Both the position numbers and the translations under genes were made by a program. Shown in pieces: positions 38,165 to 47,889 of a stretch of DNA of 64,000 bases; within the stretch, counting starts at the first letter, position 1, and each line of letters begins with the position of its first letter. The DNA is taken from the NCBI GenBank assembly GCA_028714635.1, contig JAQTLZ010000001.1, positions 173,272 through 237,271 of the forward strand, given 5' to 3'. The notes beneath the pieces were generated by a model that saw only the letters and a program-made list of their open reading frames with translations, was not told where the DNA came from and did not search any database. Origin of the DNA: Minisyncoccota bacterium. Its GTDB lineage: Bacteria; Patescibacteriota; Minisyncoccia; Phycocordibacterales; JAQTLZ01.

Positions 38165-39877
38165 ATGAAGATCCACTCATTATCTAGAATACGCATCATT
38201 TCTATCGGACTTTTTCTGTTCGCGGTACTCATTGTTGCAAAGTTATATCTTGTTCAAGTGGTAGATGGCCATCTTTATACTGACAAAGCCGATCGCCAGT
38301 ATGTAAAACCGAACGAAAACCTTTTTGACAGAGGTTCTATTTTTTTTCAAACTCGAAGCGGGGATTTGGTCAGCGCCGCGACCTTGAAAACTGGGTATCT
38401 TGTCTCACTCAGTCCTAAATTGGTGACAGATCCCGAAACCACGTTCGAAAAGTTGGAGAGCGTGATTCCGCTTGAAAAAGAATCTTTTTTGGAGAAAGCG
38501 GGCAAGAAAGCTGATCCATACGAGGAGGTGGCTCGAAGAGTTTCTGAAGCAGATGCCGCTAAAATCGAGAGCCTTAAACTTCCCGGAGTTTCTCTCTATA
38601 AAGAAAAATGGAGGTACTATCCTGGAACAACTATGGCCGCGAACGTGCTCGGGTTTGTTGGTTCTGATGGGAAATCTGTTGCCGGTCAATATGGTCTCGA
38701 AAAATATTATGAAGCCGAGCTGAATCGGAGTGATCGAAATTTGAATGTAAATTTTTTTGCTGAAATATTTTCTGACGTAAGCAAAACGCTCGTCGACGAC
38801 AAACAGGCGGAAGGGGACATTGTTTCAACCATAGAGCCTTCAGTCCAGCTTTTTCTTGAAAAACAATTAAAGTCGCTTCAAGCAGAATGGAATCCTGATA
38901 CTTCAGGCGCGATTATTATCGATCCGACAAATGGTGAAGTGTATGCGTTGGCTTCGCTTCCTACATTCGATCCAAACAATTTTAATCTTCAAAAAAATCC
39001 GCGGGTTTTTTCCAATCCGCTCGTCGATAGCGTGTATGAGATGGGTTCGATCGTAAAGCCACTTACCATGGCAGCCGGAATTGATTCGGACACTGTCACT
39101 CCTACAACAACTTACGATGATAGAGGATTTCTGGAACTGAACGGTTTGAAAATTTCGAACTTCGATTTTCGCGGCCGTGGGGTTGTTCCCATGCAGGAAG
39201 TGCTCAATCAGTCTTTGAATACCGGAGCGGCAACCGTCGCTCTTCGAATGGGGAAGGACCTCTTTTCCAAATATATGTTGAATTACGGTTTGGGCGAGGA
39301 GACTGGAATTGACCTCCCGAATGAATCAGCTGGACTTGTAGAAAACTTAAAAAGCCCTCGAGATATCGAGCATGCCACAGCAGCGTATGGGCAGGGAATT
39401 GCACTTACGCCGATCGCCACTGTCCGCGCGCTTTCTACGCTTGGGAACGGCGGGGTTCTCATTGATCCGCATGTGGTAAAAAGTCTCAAATACACGGTCG
39501 GGCTTTCAAAAGATCTGTTCACTGGCAGAGAGGAAAAACGAGTTCTCAAAAAAGAAACTTCAGAAACCATCACCAAAATGCTTGTAGAAGTGGTGGATAA
39601 AGCACTTCGTCATGGCACCATGAAGCTCAAGAATTGGAGCGTAGCGGCGAAAACCGGTACTGCCCAGATCGCAAACCCGGCAGGAAAAGGTTATTACGCA
39701 GACCGCTATCTCCACTCCTTTTTCGGTTATTTCCCAGCGTATAATCCGAAGTTTTTGGTCTTTATGTATATGGTGTACCCAAAAGGAGCGAATTATGCGT
39801 CAGAGACGCTGACCACTTCTTTCTTCGACATCACAAAATTTCTCATAAATTATTACGAAATTCCGCCGGATAGGTAG
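38165..39877 (+). CDS. ftsI: peptidoglycan D,D-transpeptidase (PBP2/FtsI class B)
   Basis: SIVKP (SxxK), SLNTG (SxN), KTGTA (KTG) active-site triad; N-terminal TM; 570 aa. Confidence 0.8.
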   Translation: MKIHSLSRIRIISIGLFLFAVLIVAKLYLVQVVDGHLYTDKADRQYVKPNENLFDRGSIFFQTRSGDLVSAATLKTGYLVSLSPKLVTDPETTFEKLESVIPLEKESFLEKAGKKADPYEEVARRVSEADAAKIESLKLPGVSLYKEKWRYYPGTTMAANVLGFVGSDGKSVAGQYGLEKYYEAELNRSDRNLNVNFFAEIFSDVSKTLVDDKQAEGDIVSTIEPSVQLFLEKQLKSLQAEWNPDTSGAIIIDPTNGEVYALASLPTFDPNNFNLQKNPRVFSNPLVDSVYEMGSIVKPLTMAAGIDSDTVTPTTTYDDRGFLELNGLKISNFDFRGRGVVPMQEVLNQSLNTGAATVALRMGKDLFSKYMLNYGLGEETGIDLPNESAGLVENLKSPRDIEHATAAYGQGIALTPIATVRALSTLGNGGVLIDPHVVKSLKYTVGLSKDLFTGREEKRVLKKETSETITKMLVEVVDKALRHGTMKLKNWSVAAKTGTAQIANPAGKGYYADRYLHSFFGYFPAYNPKFLVFMYMVYPKGANYASETLTTSFFDITKFLINYYEIPPDR

Positions 39878-39964
39878 ATTTGAACTGTGAACCCATTGCG
39901 TGGCTTTCAGAACTTACTAAACAGAGACAGTATATCGGTTTAGCAGTCGAAAAGCTTGAAGCAC

Positions 39965-40639
39965 TTATGGCTTCTTAGGTCCTTTACCAACCAATCTCGC
40001 AAATGATTTTGCGATTGGTTCACCTTTATGAAAGACAAAAGTTCCTTCAACACCAAGTTCTTCTCTAATATCCCAGTAAAATCTTTCTATGCGGTTCGCT
40101 ATCTTCTTTGTAAAACGTGGGTCCACTTGAAAAATACCGTTAATATGGACGAAGCCATTCTCGTGGATATTTAGTTTTGTATTGAAGTGACCAACCTGAT
40201 TTCCTCTGGCACGGACTATCTGGTTTATTGATGCTTTTATACTATCCAGTCTTTTCTGGTAACGCTTACGCTTCTTTTCATCTTTGATGTGGTCAGTCAT
40301 CGTATAGAGCGATGATGTCTGCCTGTTTTCATCGAGAATTGTACCGAGAATGACAATCGCATCTCGTGAATAGACATCAACCATCGAAATAATAATGGTT
40401 AGACTTCGCTTCGGCTCATCTTCAGCAAAGTCATCTTTGTGTTTGCCAAGATACAGAATGAGGTCGGCTTGGTCTCGTAGACGATTGAGACAATCATAAA
40501 CATAATCACTTATGTTTCGTATCTTTCTTGTTTCGTCTATTACTGGTTTCTTTTTTGATTTCATATAGGTGAGGGTTTTGCTTCTTGTCTGCCCTGAGAA
40601 GTATTTGGAACGCTCCAACAATCCTATCTCTTTCTTCAT
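39965..40639 (-). CDS. hypothetical protein (last gene of the R-M/helicase operon)
   Basis: 224-aa ORF, basic, no recognised motif. Confidence 0.35.
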   Translation of the reverse strand: MKKEIGLLERSKYFSGQTRSKTLTYMKSKKKPVIDETRKIRNISDYVYDCLNRLRDQADLILYLGKHKDDFAEDEPKRSLTIIISMVDVYSRDAIVILGTILDENRQTSSLYTMTDHIKDEKKRKRYQKRLDSIKASINQIVRARGNQVGHFNTKLNIHENGFVHINGIFQVDPRFTKKIANRIERFYWDIREELGVEGTFVFHKGEPIAKSFARLVGKGPKKP

Positions 40640-40659
40640 TGGTCCAGTTCGGGACTTTA

Positions 40660-41142
40660 TTATTTTTTACTACCATTGATTTCCTTTATCATTTTCCAGC
40701 TCAATTCTTCGACCGTACCTAATTCATCCACAAAAAAGAGATACAGGTTCAATTTATCCATCACATCAAACGGCATCTTTCGTATGACCATTTTTCTGAA
40801 TGATGTAGGAAAAGCAACTCCGTATTTGTAGCCATACTTGTAACCTCTTGCTCCATTACGGTGCATTCTTGTCAGTATCTGTCCCAGTGCAGAGTTGAAG
40901 CTACTACTCTGGCTCCCTGAAGGGTTTATAACCTTTATTGAGGGGTCTCCTTTGGCTTCTATAAGCCAGTATCGTGCAAAGTTATTGTTTCGGACTTTTA
41001 TATCAACACCTTGCTCCCACAACTCCTTACTAGTTAGTGATTTGCTCCAGCCGTTTAGCTCAAGATGTCTAATGACAGACTTTTGTACAAAATCCTCTGT
41101 GATTATCTGTCTTTCTTTTTTGGTTGGTTTAGGGGTAATCAT
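40660..41142 (-). CDS. small PD-(D/E)xK-like nuclease-fold protein
   Basis: GVDIKV...WLIEAKG fits D...(E)xK restriction-endonuclease-like core; 160 aa from Met at 41142 (ORF opens at 41163 with GTG). Confidence 0.4.
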   Translation of the reverse strand: MITPKPTKKERQIITEDFVQKSVIRHLELNGWSKSLTSKELWEQGVDIKVRNNNFARYWLIEAKGDPSIKVINPSGSQSSSFNSALGQILTRMHRNGARGYKYGYKYGVAFPTSFRKMVIRKMPFDVMDKLNLYLFFVDELGTVEELSWKMIKEINGSKK

Positions 41143-41147
41143 AGAAT

Positions 41148-41171
41148 GGTTCACAACGTTCACATATTCAC
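41148..41171 (-). promoter_or_regulatory. triple GTGAA(C/T) direct repeat immediately upstream of the nuclease gene start
   Basis: Gene orientation: GTGAATATGTGAACGTTGTGAACCATTCTATG; 9-bp phasing. Confidence 0.45.
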
Positions 41172-42703
41172 TATGCGTTTATTTCTTCGATAAATCTCGA
41201 AGCTTTTCCTTTCCATAGTCGTGAACGTACATCAAACTTGAAGTCATCTTTGTTCACTGTGTTCACGTGCTTTCCTTCAATACTGATACTTGAGATGAGA
41301 TGCAGGGCTTTCTTTGCTCTTGTCATACCCACATAGAAAAGTCTTCGTTGGCTCTCAATAGTGTCGTTTCCTTTGGCACGATTTGGTATAACACCTTCAA
41401 TAAGACCAATCATAAACACGTGCTCCGCACCAAGTCCTTTCGACTTATGTATAGACATTATGTTTACTCGTTTTTCCACATCTTCCTCAATGAGCACGAA
41501 TAGGTTTTCAAGCTTTTCGTCTTCGGTATCACCCTCAGCATTGTTGTAGAAATCTGCTAGGTCTAGGAAATAAGGCTCCTGAAGTGCCGTATCAATATCT
41601 ACATATGTTGCTTTAGCTTCATTTGGAAGTTTGCTTGCGACCACACCAAATAGCTCTGCAAAGTCCTGTCCACTGGCATAGTGTTTCTTGATGGTCTCGT
41701 AGAGCTTCTTTCTTGATGACAAAACATTGTATCCAATCAATGCGAGATTGAGGTACTTATGCTTACCAAAAAGACTTCTCAGTACCCACGATTTCCTAAT
41801 GATTTCGGGCTCTACTTTAGCAACAAAATAGTTCTTGTAGTCGATACCAGAACCATCAAGTCGGTTAGTGAGGTTCTCCACGAGAAATCTCACAGGACTG
41901 AGTATCAGAACCTTCTCGTCAGTTGAAGCTCCAATGACCTTCTGGACCTCATCCAAGATATAGTCTGCCGTGTTGGTGTTTGAAGGAAACTGTTTTTGTA
42001 CAATAGTCCCAGCTTTACCTGTCTTCTCCCATTTTTTGTCTACTCGTTTTGTGTTGTTCTTTATCAGTTTCGTAGCACTATCTACCACACTGTCAGGACA
42101 TCTGTAGCACTTGTGTTCGTGCTCAAGCTTCTCGTGAGAAGGGTCTGAGTGGAGCGAAATAATCTTGTCGTTATCGGCATCTTTGAAGTCGTAGATACAC
42201 TGGTCATCATCACCAAGAATATAACTCTCGCTCATTACTTCTACGAGCAAATCAATGAGTTCTTGCTCATTTTTATTGAAGTCTTGGTATTCATCCACTA
42301 TCAATACGGAGTACGCTGAAAGCTTATCTTTGAGGTATGCAGGGTTTGATTTTGCATAGCTGACAAAGCGAGCAATCATCTGGTCAAAAGTTGTTGCTGA
42401 GAAGAAATTGCACAAATCATCGAACCCTATAGAAGTGCTTTTTGAGATTTGAGAAAGCTCACTAATCTCTAGCATATCGAGAACGTGCCTACTTTTGTCG
42501 TGATTGTATTTCACAGCAAACTTATGAAGGGTCATACAATTCTCAGGACTGACACCAATCGGTATCAGGGACTTCTTCAGGTCCTCAACAGTTGCGTTGG
42601 TAAAAGAGATAATCAAAACACCATCAAGATTTGGCTTTGATTGAATGATGTTCTTTATGTTTGTTGTTTTACCAGTCCCTGGTCCTGCGAGTAGTATTTT
42701 CAT
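41171..42703 (-). CDS. UvrD/PcrA-like superfamily 1 DNA helicase (short form)
   Basis: Walker A GPGTGKTT, motif II VDEYQD, motif III GDDDQCIY, motif V HKSKGLGAEHVF, motif VI YVGMTRAKKAL; 510 aa. Confidence 0.8.
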   Translation of the reverse strand: MKILLAGPGTGKTTNIKNIIQSKPNLDGVLIISFTNATVEDLKKSLIPIGVSPENCMTLHKFAVKYNHDKSRHVLDMLEISELSQISKSTSIGFDDLCNFFSATTFDQMIARFVSYAKSNPAYLKDKLSAYSVLIVDEYQDFNKNEQELIDLLVEVMSESYILGDDDQCIYDFKDADNDKIISLHSDPSHEKLEHEHKCYRCPDSVVDSATKLIKNNTKRVDKKWEKTGKAGTIVQKQFPSNTNTADYILDEVQKVIGASTDEKVLILSPVRFLVENLTNRLDGSGIDYKNYFVAKVEPEIIRKSWVLRSLFGKHKYLNLALIGYNVLSSRKKLYETIKKHYASGQDFAELFGVVASKLPNEAKATYVDIDTALQEPYFLDLADFYNNAEGDTEDEKLENLFVLIEEDVEKRVNIMSIHKSKGLGAEHVFMIGLIEGVIPNRAKGNDTIESQRRLFYVGMTRAKKALHLISSISIEGKHVNTVNKDDFKFDVRSRLWKGKASRFIEEINA

Positions 42704-42706
42704 AAT

Positions 42707-42730
42707 GGTTCACGATGTTCACTCATTCAC
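42707..42730 (-). promoter_or_regulatory. triple GTGAA(C/T) direct repeat immediately upstream of the helicase start
   Basis: Gene orientation: GTGAATGAGTGAACATCGTGAACCATTATG. Confidence 0.45.
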
Positions 42731-42733
42731 CAA

Positions 42734-45418
42734 CTACTTTGAGAATAGTCGGACCAGCTCATCGAAGTTCTTGGCTGGATTTTTTTCATAGTCTTCTTGT
42801 TTGACGTATAGAGCCTTGTAAACAACTCTACTTTGTCGAGCGTTTACGTCCTCACACCACTTTTGAAGTCTTTCAAACTTGATTTTGTCGTCCTCTTCTT
42901 CACGACCCTTTGTTTCAATGATGTACACCTGTTTCTCATCAACCTTCACAAAGAAGTCTGGGTAATAATTAGCGATAAAGCCTTCAGCATTCTTGTATTC
43001 AATACGGAGAGCAGTCGCTTCCTTGTTTTGGAAGTTCTTCGCAAACGAGATAGTGTCATCGCATTTTTCAAGGAAAGCAGAGAACTCAAGCTCAAAGTTA
43101 CTATCTCCCACAATTCGGTTGAATACGGATTTTTGAGGAATGAGGAACGCCTTATCATTTACCACAAAAGGGCGTGCATCACTTACCTTGATGTAGTTCT
43201 TGATTTCGGTATCACCCTTGTCTTGGACCGTTAGCTCGTTGATTGATTTCTTGAAGCCGTCTTTGATGAGTTTTATGTACTCAACTTCGGATAGGTTACG
43301 AAGAACATTCAGGTCTGTGAGCTCAACCTTGCTCTCAAACATATGGTTCTCAACAAAATCCTTCACTTTGCCAAAGAGGATGTCATAGCATCCGAATAGA
43401 CGCATTTCTCGCATTATTGCCTGTGCAAAGAAGCCAACGACACTCTGGTAGTTTGGTTCAATATCACCACTCAAAATCGTAGTGTGATGGACCGCTTCAG
43501 CAACCACATCTTTGAAGACAATTTCTCGTTTCTCTTGCTCACTGAACGTCTTTACCTGCACCTTCTCGTTTCCAAAAGTAGAAACATCCAAGTCAGCAAG
43601 ATTTTTGTACTCTCGCTGTATTCTGGCGGTCATTACAGGGATTTCAATATCCAGTTTTCCAATGTCCTTCTTGGTGTTCTCTTTATCAATCTCAATCACC
43701 ATAGGAGAAATAGGTTTTGAACCAGACCCCATCAAACGCTTTTCAAGGAGTACGCCTTCACCCTTGATACTCTCTACGAAGTCCATAAAGGCTGGAGTAC
43801 CGATAACACTCACGTATTCATCAATGTCATCTCTTCCAAAATACATTCTTCGGAGACCTCTACCAAGCGTTTGCTCAGGAAGGATTTTACTATCTGAAGC
43901 GTATGGTCGGAGACCAACAATAGTAGTTACGTTTTTTACGTCCCATCCTTCTTTGAGCATCATTACAGACACGATGACCTTGTAAGGACTTTCCCAGCTA
44001 TCAATCTCGTTCGATTGCTTTCGGAGTTGTTCAAGTTCTTCTTGATTTCTACCTGTTGTACTCTCAGAAATCTCACCACTCTTGTTCGTGTGAATAGTAA
44101 GGACCGCACCCTTTAGTTCAGGGTAGTTCATTTCAAGATACTGAGCGACATCATCACAGTTCTTGGTATCGTCAGTCATTATGAAGAGAAGGGACTTCTT
44201 GTTTGTAGGTAGGAGTTGTTCGTATGTCTTTCTCCATTCTTCAACACCAAGGTGAATGTGGTCTCTCCACTTCTCTGTGAATACAACGCTTTGACCTTCT
44301 TTGAGCTTTCCTCGACTTGCTTCGTCTGGCACAACTGGTTGCTTCACAACACGCTGGTGAATTGCTTCAACCAACGGATAGTCAGAAATAGTCTGTACGA
44401 AAATCGCACCTTTGTTGTTTTTAGGTGTTGCTGTTACGTCTAATTGGAGAGAAAGACCGCCACCTTTTTGCTTGAGTTTATTATCAATATCACGAATAGA
44501 TTTGAGCCACGCATTTTCTTCGTGGATATGGTGAGCCTCGTCATTGATAACAATAAGCTCATCAATATCTCGGACTACCATTCCTAAATCAACAGTTCCT
44601 TGATTTGTTTTAGTAACTGGCTTATCTCCAAGGAAATACTCAGAAGCATCCTCATCGTCTGCATCGTAATCTTTTACATCGCTTTCAAACACTCGGTGAA
44701 TGTTAGTGAGGAAAATGTTTCCAGTATCAGAGACGTTTTTGAGCTCATCTTGGAGGTGAAGTGTAATCTGGAAATCATCCTGCCAGTTTTGACCCATATA
44801 ACCGTTATCAGGAAGAACAGGGTCCAAGAAGAATATCTTGTTTCCTTCAAAGTCATTCTTGATACGCTCGAACACGATTACGTTTGGTGCGATGAGTAGG
44901 AAGTTCTTTGCGAGATTTGAGCCTTCTTCGTAGAGTTTATGGAAATACGCCCACGCAATCACCAAGCTCATTACCTTGGTCTTACCAGCTCCTGTAGCCA
45001 TCTTGATGACAAATCGGAGCCAATCCTCGGTGAACATCTGAGGGCTCAAAACGCCTGTAGAGTTGTAGCGTATCAAATCGTACTTATCCTTCACCTGAGC
45101 GACCTCGTAGAGCCATACAACGGTCTCCAGAGCCTCTCTTTGAGAGAAGTAGTATCGGAAGTTGTAGGATGTACCGTCCTGATTGTAGAGAGTGTGTTCT
45201 TCTTTGAACCACCACGTCAAAAGTGCTTTTGAGGTATCGCTAGCACCCTCATAATTATTATCTCGCCACGCTTTTACTTGCTTACGAAGTTCTGCAACGA
45301 GAGGAGGAATGAGCTTCTCAAATCCTTTTTCTCGAAGGTCCTCATCAGCAGGAAACCACCTAATTTCAGGATTGAGGATTGCGTATGGGTCTTTTGGAAA
45401 ATCTTTGTGTAGTGCCAT
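42734..45418 (-). CDS. res: type III restriction enzyme Res subunit (SF2 helicase + PD-(D/E)xK endonuclease)
   Basis: Walker A MATGAGKTKV, DEAHH motif II, helicase motif VI QTLGRGLRR, C-terminal YYPDF...IIETKG nuclease motif; 894 aa; directly follows mod. Confidence 0.85.
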   Translation of the reverse strand: MALHKDFPKDPYAILNPEIRWFPADEDLREKGFEKLIPPLVAELRKQVKAWRDNNYEGASDTSKALLTWWFKEEHTLYNQDGTSYNFRYYFSQREALETVVWLYEVAQVKDKYDLIRYNSTGVLSPQMFTEDWLRFVIKMATGAGKTKVMSLVIAWAYFHKLYEEGSNLAKNFLLIAPNVIVFERIKNDFEGNKIFFLDPVLPDNGYMGQNWQDDFQITLHLQDELKNVSDTGNIFLTNIHRVFESDVKDYDADDEDASEYFLGDKPVTKTNQGTVDLGMVVRDIDELIVINDEAHHIHEENAWLKSIRDIDNKLKQKGGGLSLQLDVTATPKNNKGAIFVQTISDYPLVEAIHQRVVKQPVVPDEASRGKLKEGQSVVFTEKWRDHIHLGVEEWRKTYEQLLPTNKKSLLFIMTDDTKNCDDVAQYLEMNYPELKGAVLTIHTNKSGEISESTTGRNQEELEQLRKQSNEIDSWESPYKVIVSVMMLKEGWDVKNVTTIVGLRPYASDSKILPEQTLGRGLRRMYFGRDDIDEYVSVIGTPAFMDFVESIKGEGVLLEKRLMGSGSKPISPMVIEIDKENTKKDIGKLDIEIPVMTARIQREYKNLADLDVSTFGNEKVQVKTFSEQEKREIVFKDVVAEAVHHTTILSGDIEPNYQSVVGFFAQAIMREMRLFGCYDILFGKVKDFVENHMFESKVELTDLNVLRNLSEVEYIKLIKDGFKKSINELTVQDKGDTEIKNYIKVSDARPFVVNDKAFLIPQKSVFNRIVGDSNFELEFSAFLEKCDDTISFAKNFQNKEATALRIEYKNAEGFIANYYPDFFVKVDEKQVYIIETKGREEEDDKIKFERLQKWCEDVNARQSRVVYKALYVKQEDYEKNPAKNFDELVRLFSK

Positions 45419-45422
45419 AGGA

Positions 45423-47582
45423 TTATAGTTTTACATCAATCACTCTGGTAGTGTCGTTACCGAAGATGTCCACGACCTTTACTGCAACTTTGTAGTCTCC
45501 CTTTGGAAGCTCTTTTGGTGCAGACTTGAACTCAAGATTTCTATTCTTCTTTGTACGGAAACTTTGCCATTCGTTGTCAAAGATATAGTCTCCAGTCCAA
45601 ACATCTTTTTCTTCACCGTCCTCAATAACCTTGATGATTTCTTTACGGTCCGCAAAGTTGTAATCAACCGCCCAGTAATCAATCCAGTCGCTCCACTTTT
45701 TTGTGAGGACCTCTCGTGATACAAGTTCGGTATCTTTGTCCTTTGTTACTTTCAATACCTGACCGTTTTCGATGATTACTTTTGACCTTCCAGCCTTTAG
45801 TTCTTCATCAATTGCACCATTGTCTTGGTTGTAGAAAACAGAGAAGTCAGTAATCTCAATTGAGAGTTCTTTCATTGAACCTCTACCAGTAATAATTGGT
45901 TTGATGTCGATGTAGGCAACGTCATAGAAGTTCACCTGACCACGCTCAACTGCACGCTTATCAAACACTTCACGTGGAATGATTTTGAAAGCAACATCAA
46001 TACCTTCGTCAGCATACTCACCAAAGTTCATTCCCATTTCGTAATCGAAACCGAGAACATCAATTTTAGTAAGATTTTTCTCCTTACACTCACTAACAAT
46101 TTCACGAATAAACTTTGAAGATACAGGAAGGTTGATAGGACCGATTGCTACCAATCTGTCTCGCTTCTTTCCTACAACGTGTGCGAAGCTCTCAACAGGT
46201 TCAGCTTTGTAGGCAGAGAGAATAAGCTTGATGAACTCTTTTTCTTTTCGGTCTGCTTGTTTTGCTTTCTCTTCAGCACGTAAGTCATCGTTAGTATTTA
46301 GGAAGCTTTCACGCTCGTATTTACCAACGTTCAATATCTCAAATGCACGGAAATCTTTTCCTGCTTTTTTGAGTTCACGTTGAATACCAACCATTCGCTT
46401 TCGAGAGGTGTGTATACCGAACTTACCTAGGTCAGTGCCTATCCACTTACGACCAAGTTTTTCAGCCGTTGCAATCGTTGTGCCTGAGCCAACAAAAAAG
46501 TCAGCTACTAAATCTCCCTCATTTGAGGAGGATTTTATAATTCTCTCTAGGAGGGCAGATGGTTTTTGTGTCGGGTAGTCTAGTCGCTCTTTTGACATCG
46601 AGTTTTCGTAAGGGATTTCCCACACATCGTTCGGTATCATTCCTTCCTCTGGATAGTAGGTTCTCCATTTACCTGCATCAAATCTTTTTCTACACACTTT
46701 TCCATTATCATCTTTATCCCTAAAGTGAGATTTTATGTATTCATCAGAGTAAGGAACACGAGCTCCTTTTTCGTTGAAGTACGTTTTGTTTGATTTTCCA
46801 TAGTAAAAAATAGTGTCGTGCTTTTGTGCAAACCTATCATCTGGTCTTCCTAGTGTTGAGTAATACCAAATAATTTCATTCCTGAAGTTTTCTTTTCCAA
46901 ATATCTCATCGAGCGACATTCTCATAAAAGCACTAACTCGCCAATCACAATGCACATAAATACTTCCATCTTCGGCGAGTAGCTCGTGCATCAACTTCAG
47001 ACGCTCGTAAATCATTGCAATAAAGCTGTCTGCACCTTTACCCCACGTATCACGATAGGCAATCTCTTCAATTACAGAGGGCTTCTTTGTGAAGCTGTCA
47101 TTTTCTTCACCAATTGAAATGTTCATTGAAAAGTCAGCTCCCACATCAAAAGGAGGGTCAATATAGATAAGTTTGAGACCCCCTTGAGCTTCAATCTCTT
47201 TTCGCATTGGACCGTTCTTGAGAGATGAGAGAATGAGTTTGTTATCTCCCCAGATTAGTTTGTTGGTCCAGCCAGTAATTTGCTTACCAGAGAAATCAAA
47301 CAACGTACCTTTGTCGCCAAACTCTTTACCTTCTCGTGGTTCATCAATCTGCTCAATTACTTGGAATGGAAGAACTACGTTTGTAACTTCGTTAGTCTTT
47401 CCATTCCAAACAAGCTCGACTTCACGGTCATCTTTGAAGAGAAGGAAGCGGTACTTTTCTGGAAGGGGTTTTCCAGCTTCGAGGAACTTCACAATGTCTC
47501 GCTTTTCGTTGTCAGAAAGATAGAGTGAGCCACTCTTGGTCTGTCCGTTCTTTTGTTGTTCGTTGTCTTTTTTCATATACAT
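45423..47582 (-). CDS. mod: type III R-M DNA methyltransferase Mod (beta-class N6A/N4C MTase)
   Basis: Motif IV IYIDPPFD precedes motif I FFVGSGTTIATAEKLGRKWIGTD (beta-class order); 719 aa. Confidence 0.85.
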   Translation of the reverse strand: MYMKKDNEQQKNGQTKSGSLYLSDNEKRDIVKFLEAGKPLPEKYRFLLFKDDREVELVWNGKTNEVTNVVLPFQVIEQIDEPREGKEFGDKGTLFDFSGKQITGWTNKLIWGDNKLILSSLKNGPMRKEIEAQGGLKLIYIDPPFDVGADFSMNISIGEENDSFTKKPSVIEEIAYRDTWGKGADSFIAMIYERLKLMHELLAEDGSIYVHCDWRVSAFMRMSLDEIFGKENFRNEIIWYYSTLGRPDDRFAQKHDTIFYYGKSNKTYFNEKGARVPYSDEYIKSHFRDKDDNGKVCRKRFDAGKWRTYYPEEGMIPNDVWEIPYENSMSKERLDYPTQKPSALLERIIKSSSNEGDLVADFFVGSGTTIATAEKLGRKWIGTDLGKFGIHTSRKRMVGIQRELKKAGKDFRAFEILNVGKYERESFLNTNDDLRAEEKAKQADRKEKEFIKLILSAYKAEPVESFAHVVGKKRDRLVAIGPINLPVSSKFIREIVSECKEKNLTKIDVLGFDYEMGMNFGEYADEGIDVAFKIIPREVFDKRAVERGQVNFYDVAYIDIKPIITGRGSMKELSIEITDFSVFYNQDNGAIDEELKAGRSKVIIENGQVLKVTKDKDTELVSREVLTKKWSDWIDYWAVDYNFADRKEIIKVIEDGEEKDVWTGDYIFDNEWQSFRTKKNRNLEFKSAPKELPKGDYKVAVKVVDIFGNDTTRVIDVKL

Positions 47583-47602
47583 TTGGTTGATTAGCTAATA
47601 AG

Positions 47603-47821
47603 TTACTTTGGCGACTGGACAAACTTTTCGAGGTCCTCTTTTTTATATCTTCTTGCTCTACGTTCACCAATTCGTATGGCAGGAAGTATGCCTTTCTTAT
47701 CCCATTGCCGAAGCGTGTTGGGATGACACTTGAGATAAGCAGATGCTTCTTCCAAAGTGAGAAGTTCTGGCAAATCCCCATCATTTTGCGGTGTTTTTTT
47801 CGTTGATTTCATACCTAACAT
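47603..47821 (-). CDS. small helix-turn-helix DNA-binding protein (excisionase/MerR-like)
   Basis: LTLEEASAYLKCHPNTLRQWDKKGILPAIRIGERRARRYKKEDLEKFV resembles Xis/AlpA-type HTH; 72 aa; leads the mod-res operon. Confidence 0.5.
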   Translation of the reverse strand: MLGMKSTKKTPQNDGDLPELLTLEEASAYLKCHPNTLRQWDKKGILPAIRIGERRARRYKKEDLEKFVQSPK

Positions 47822-47843
47822 TTGATAACATTATTATACATAA

Positions 47844-47878
47844 CCTTCACAACGTTCACAATGTGCACGGACCGTGAA
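47844..47878. promoter_or_regulatory. GTGAAC-type repeat cluster in the divergent intergenic region between the HTH gene and the 431-aa gene
   Basis: ccTTCACaacGTTCACaatGTGCACggaccGTGAAaacc; adjacent TATGTATAAT (minus-strand sense) could be the HTH promoter. Confidence 0.45.
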
Positions 47879-47889
47879 AACCAATGTAA

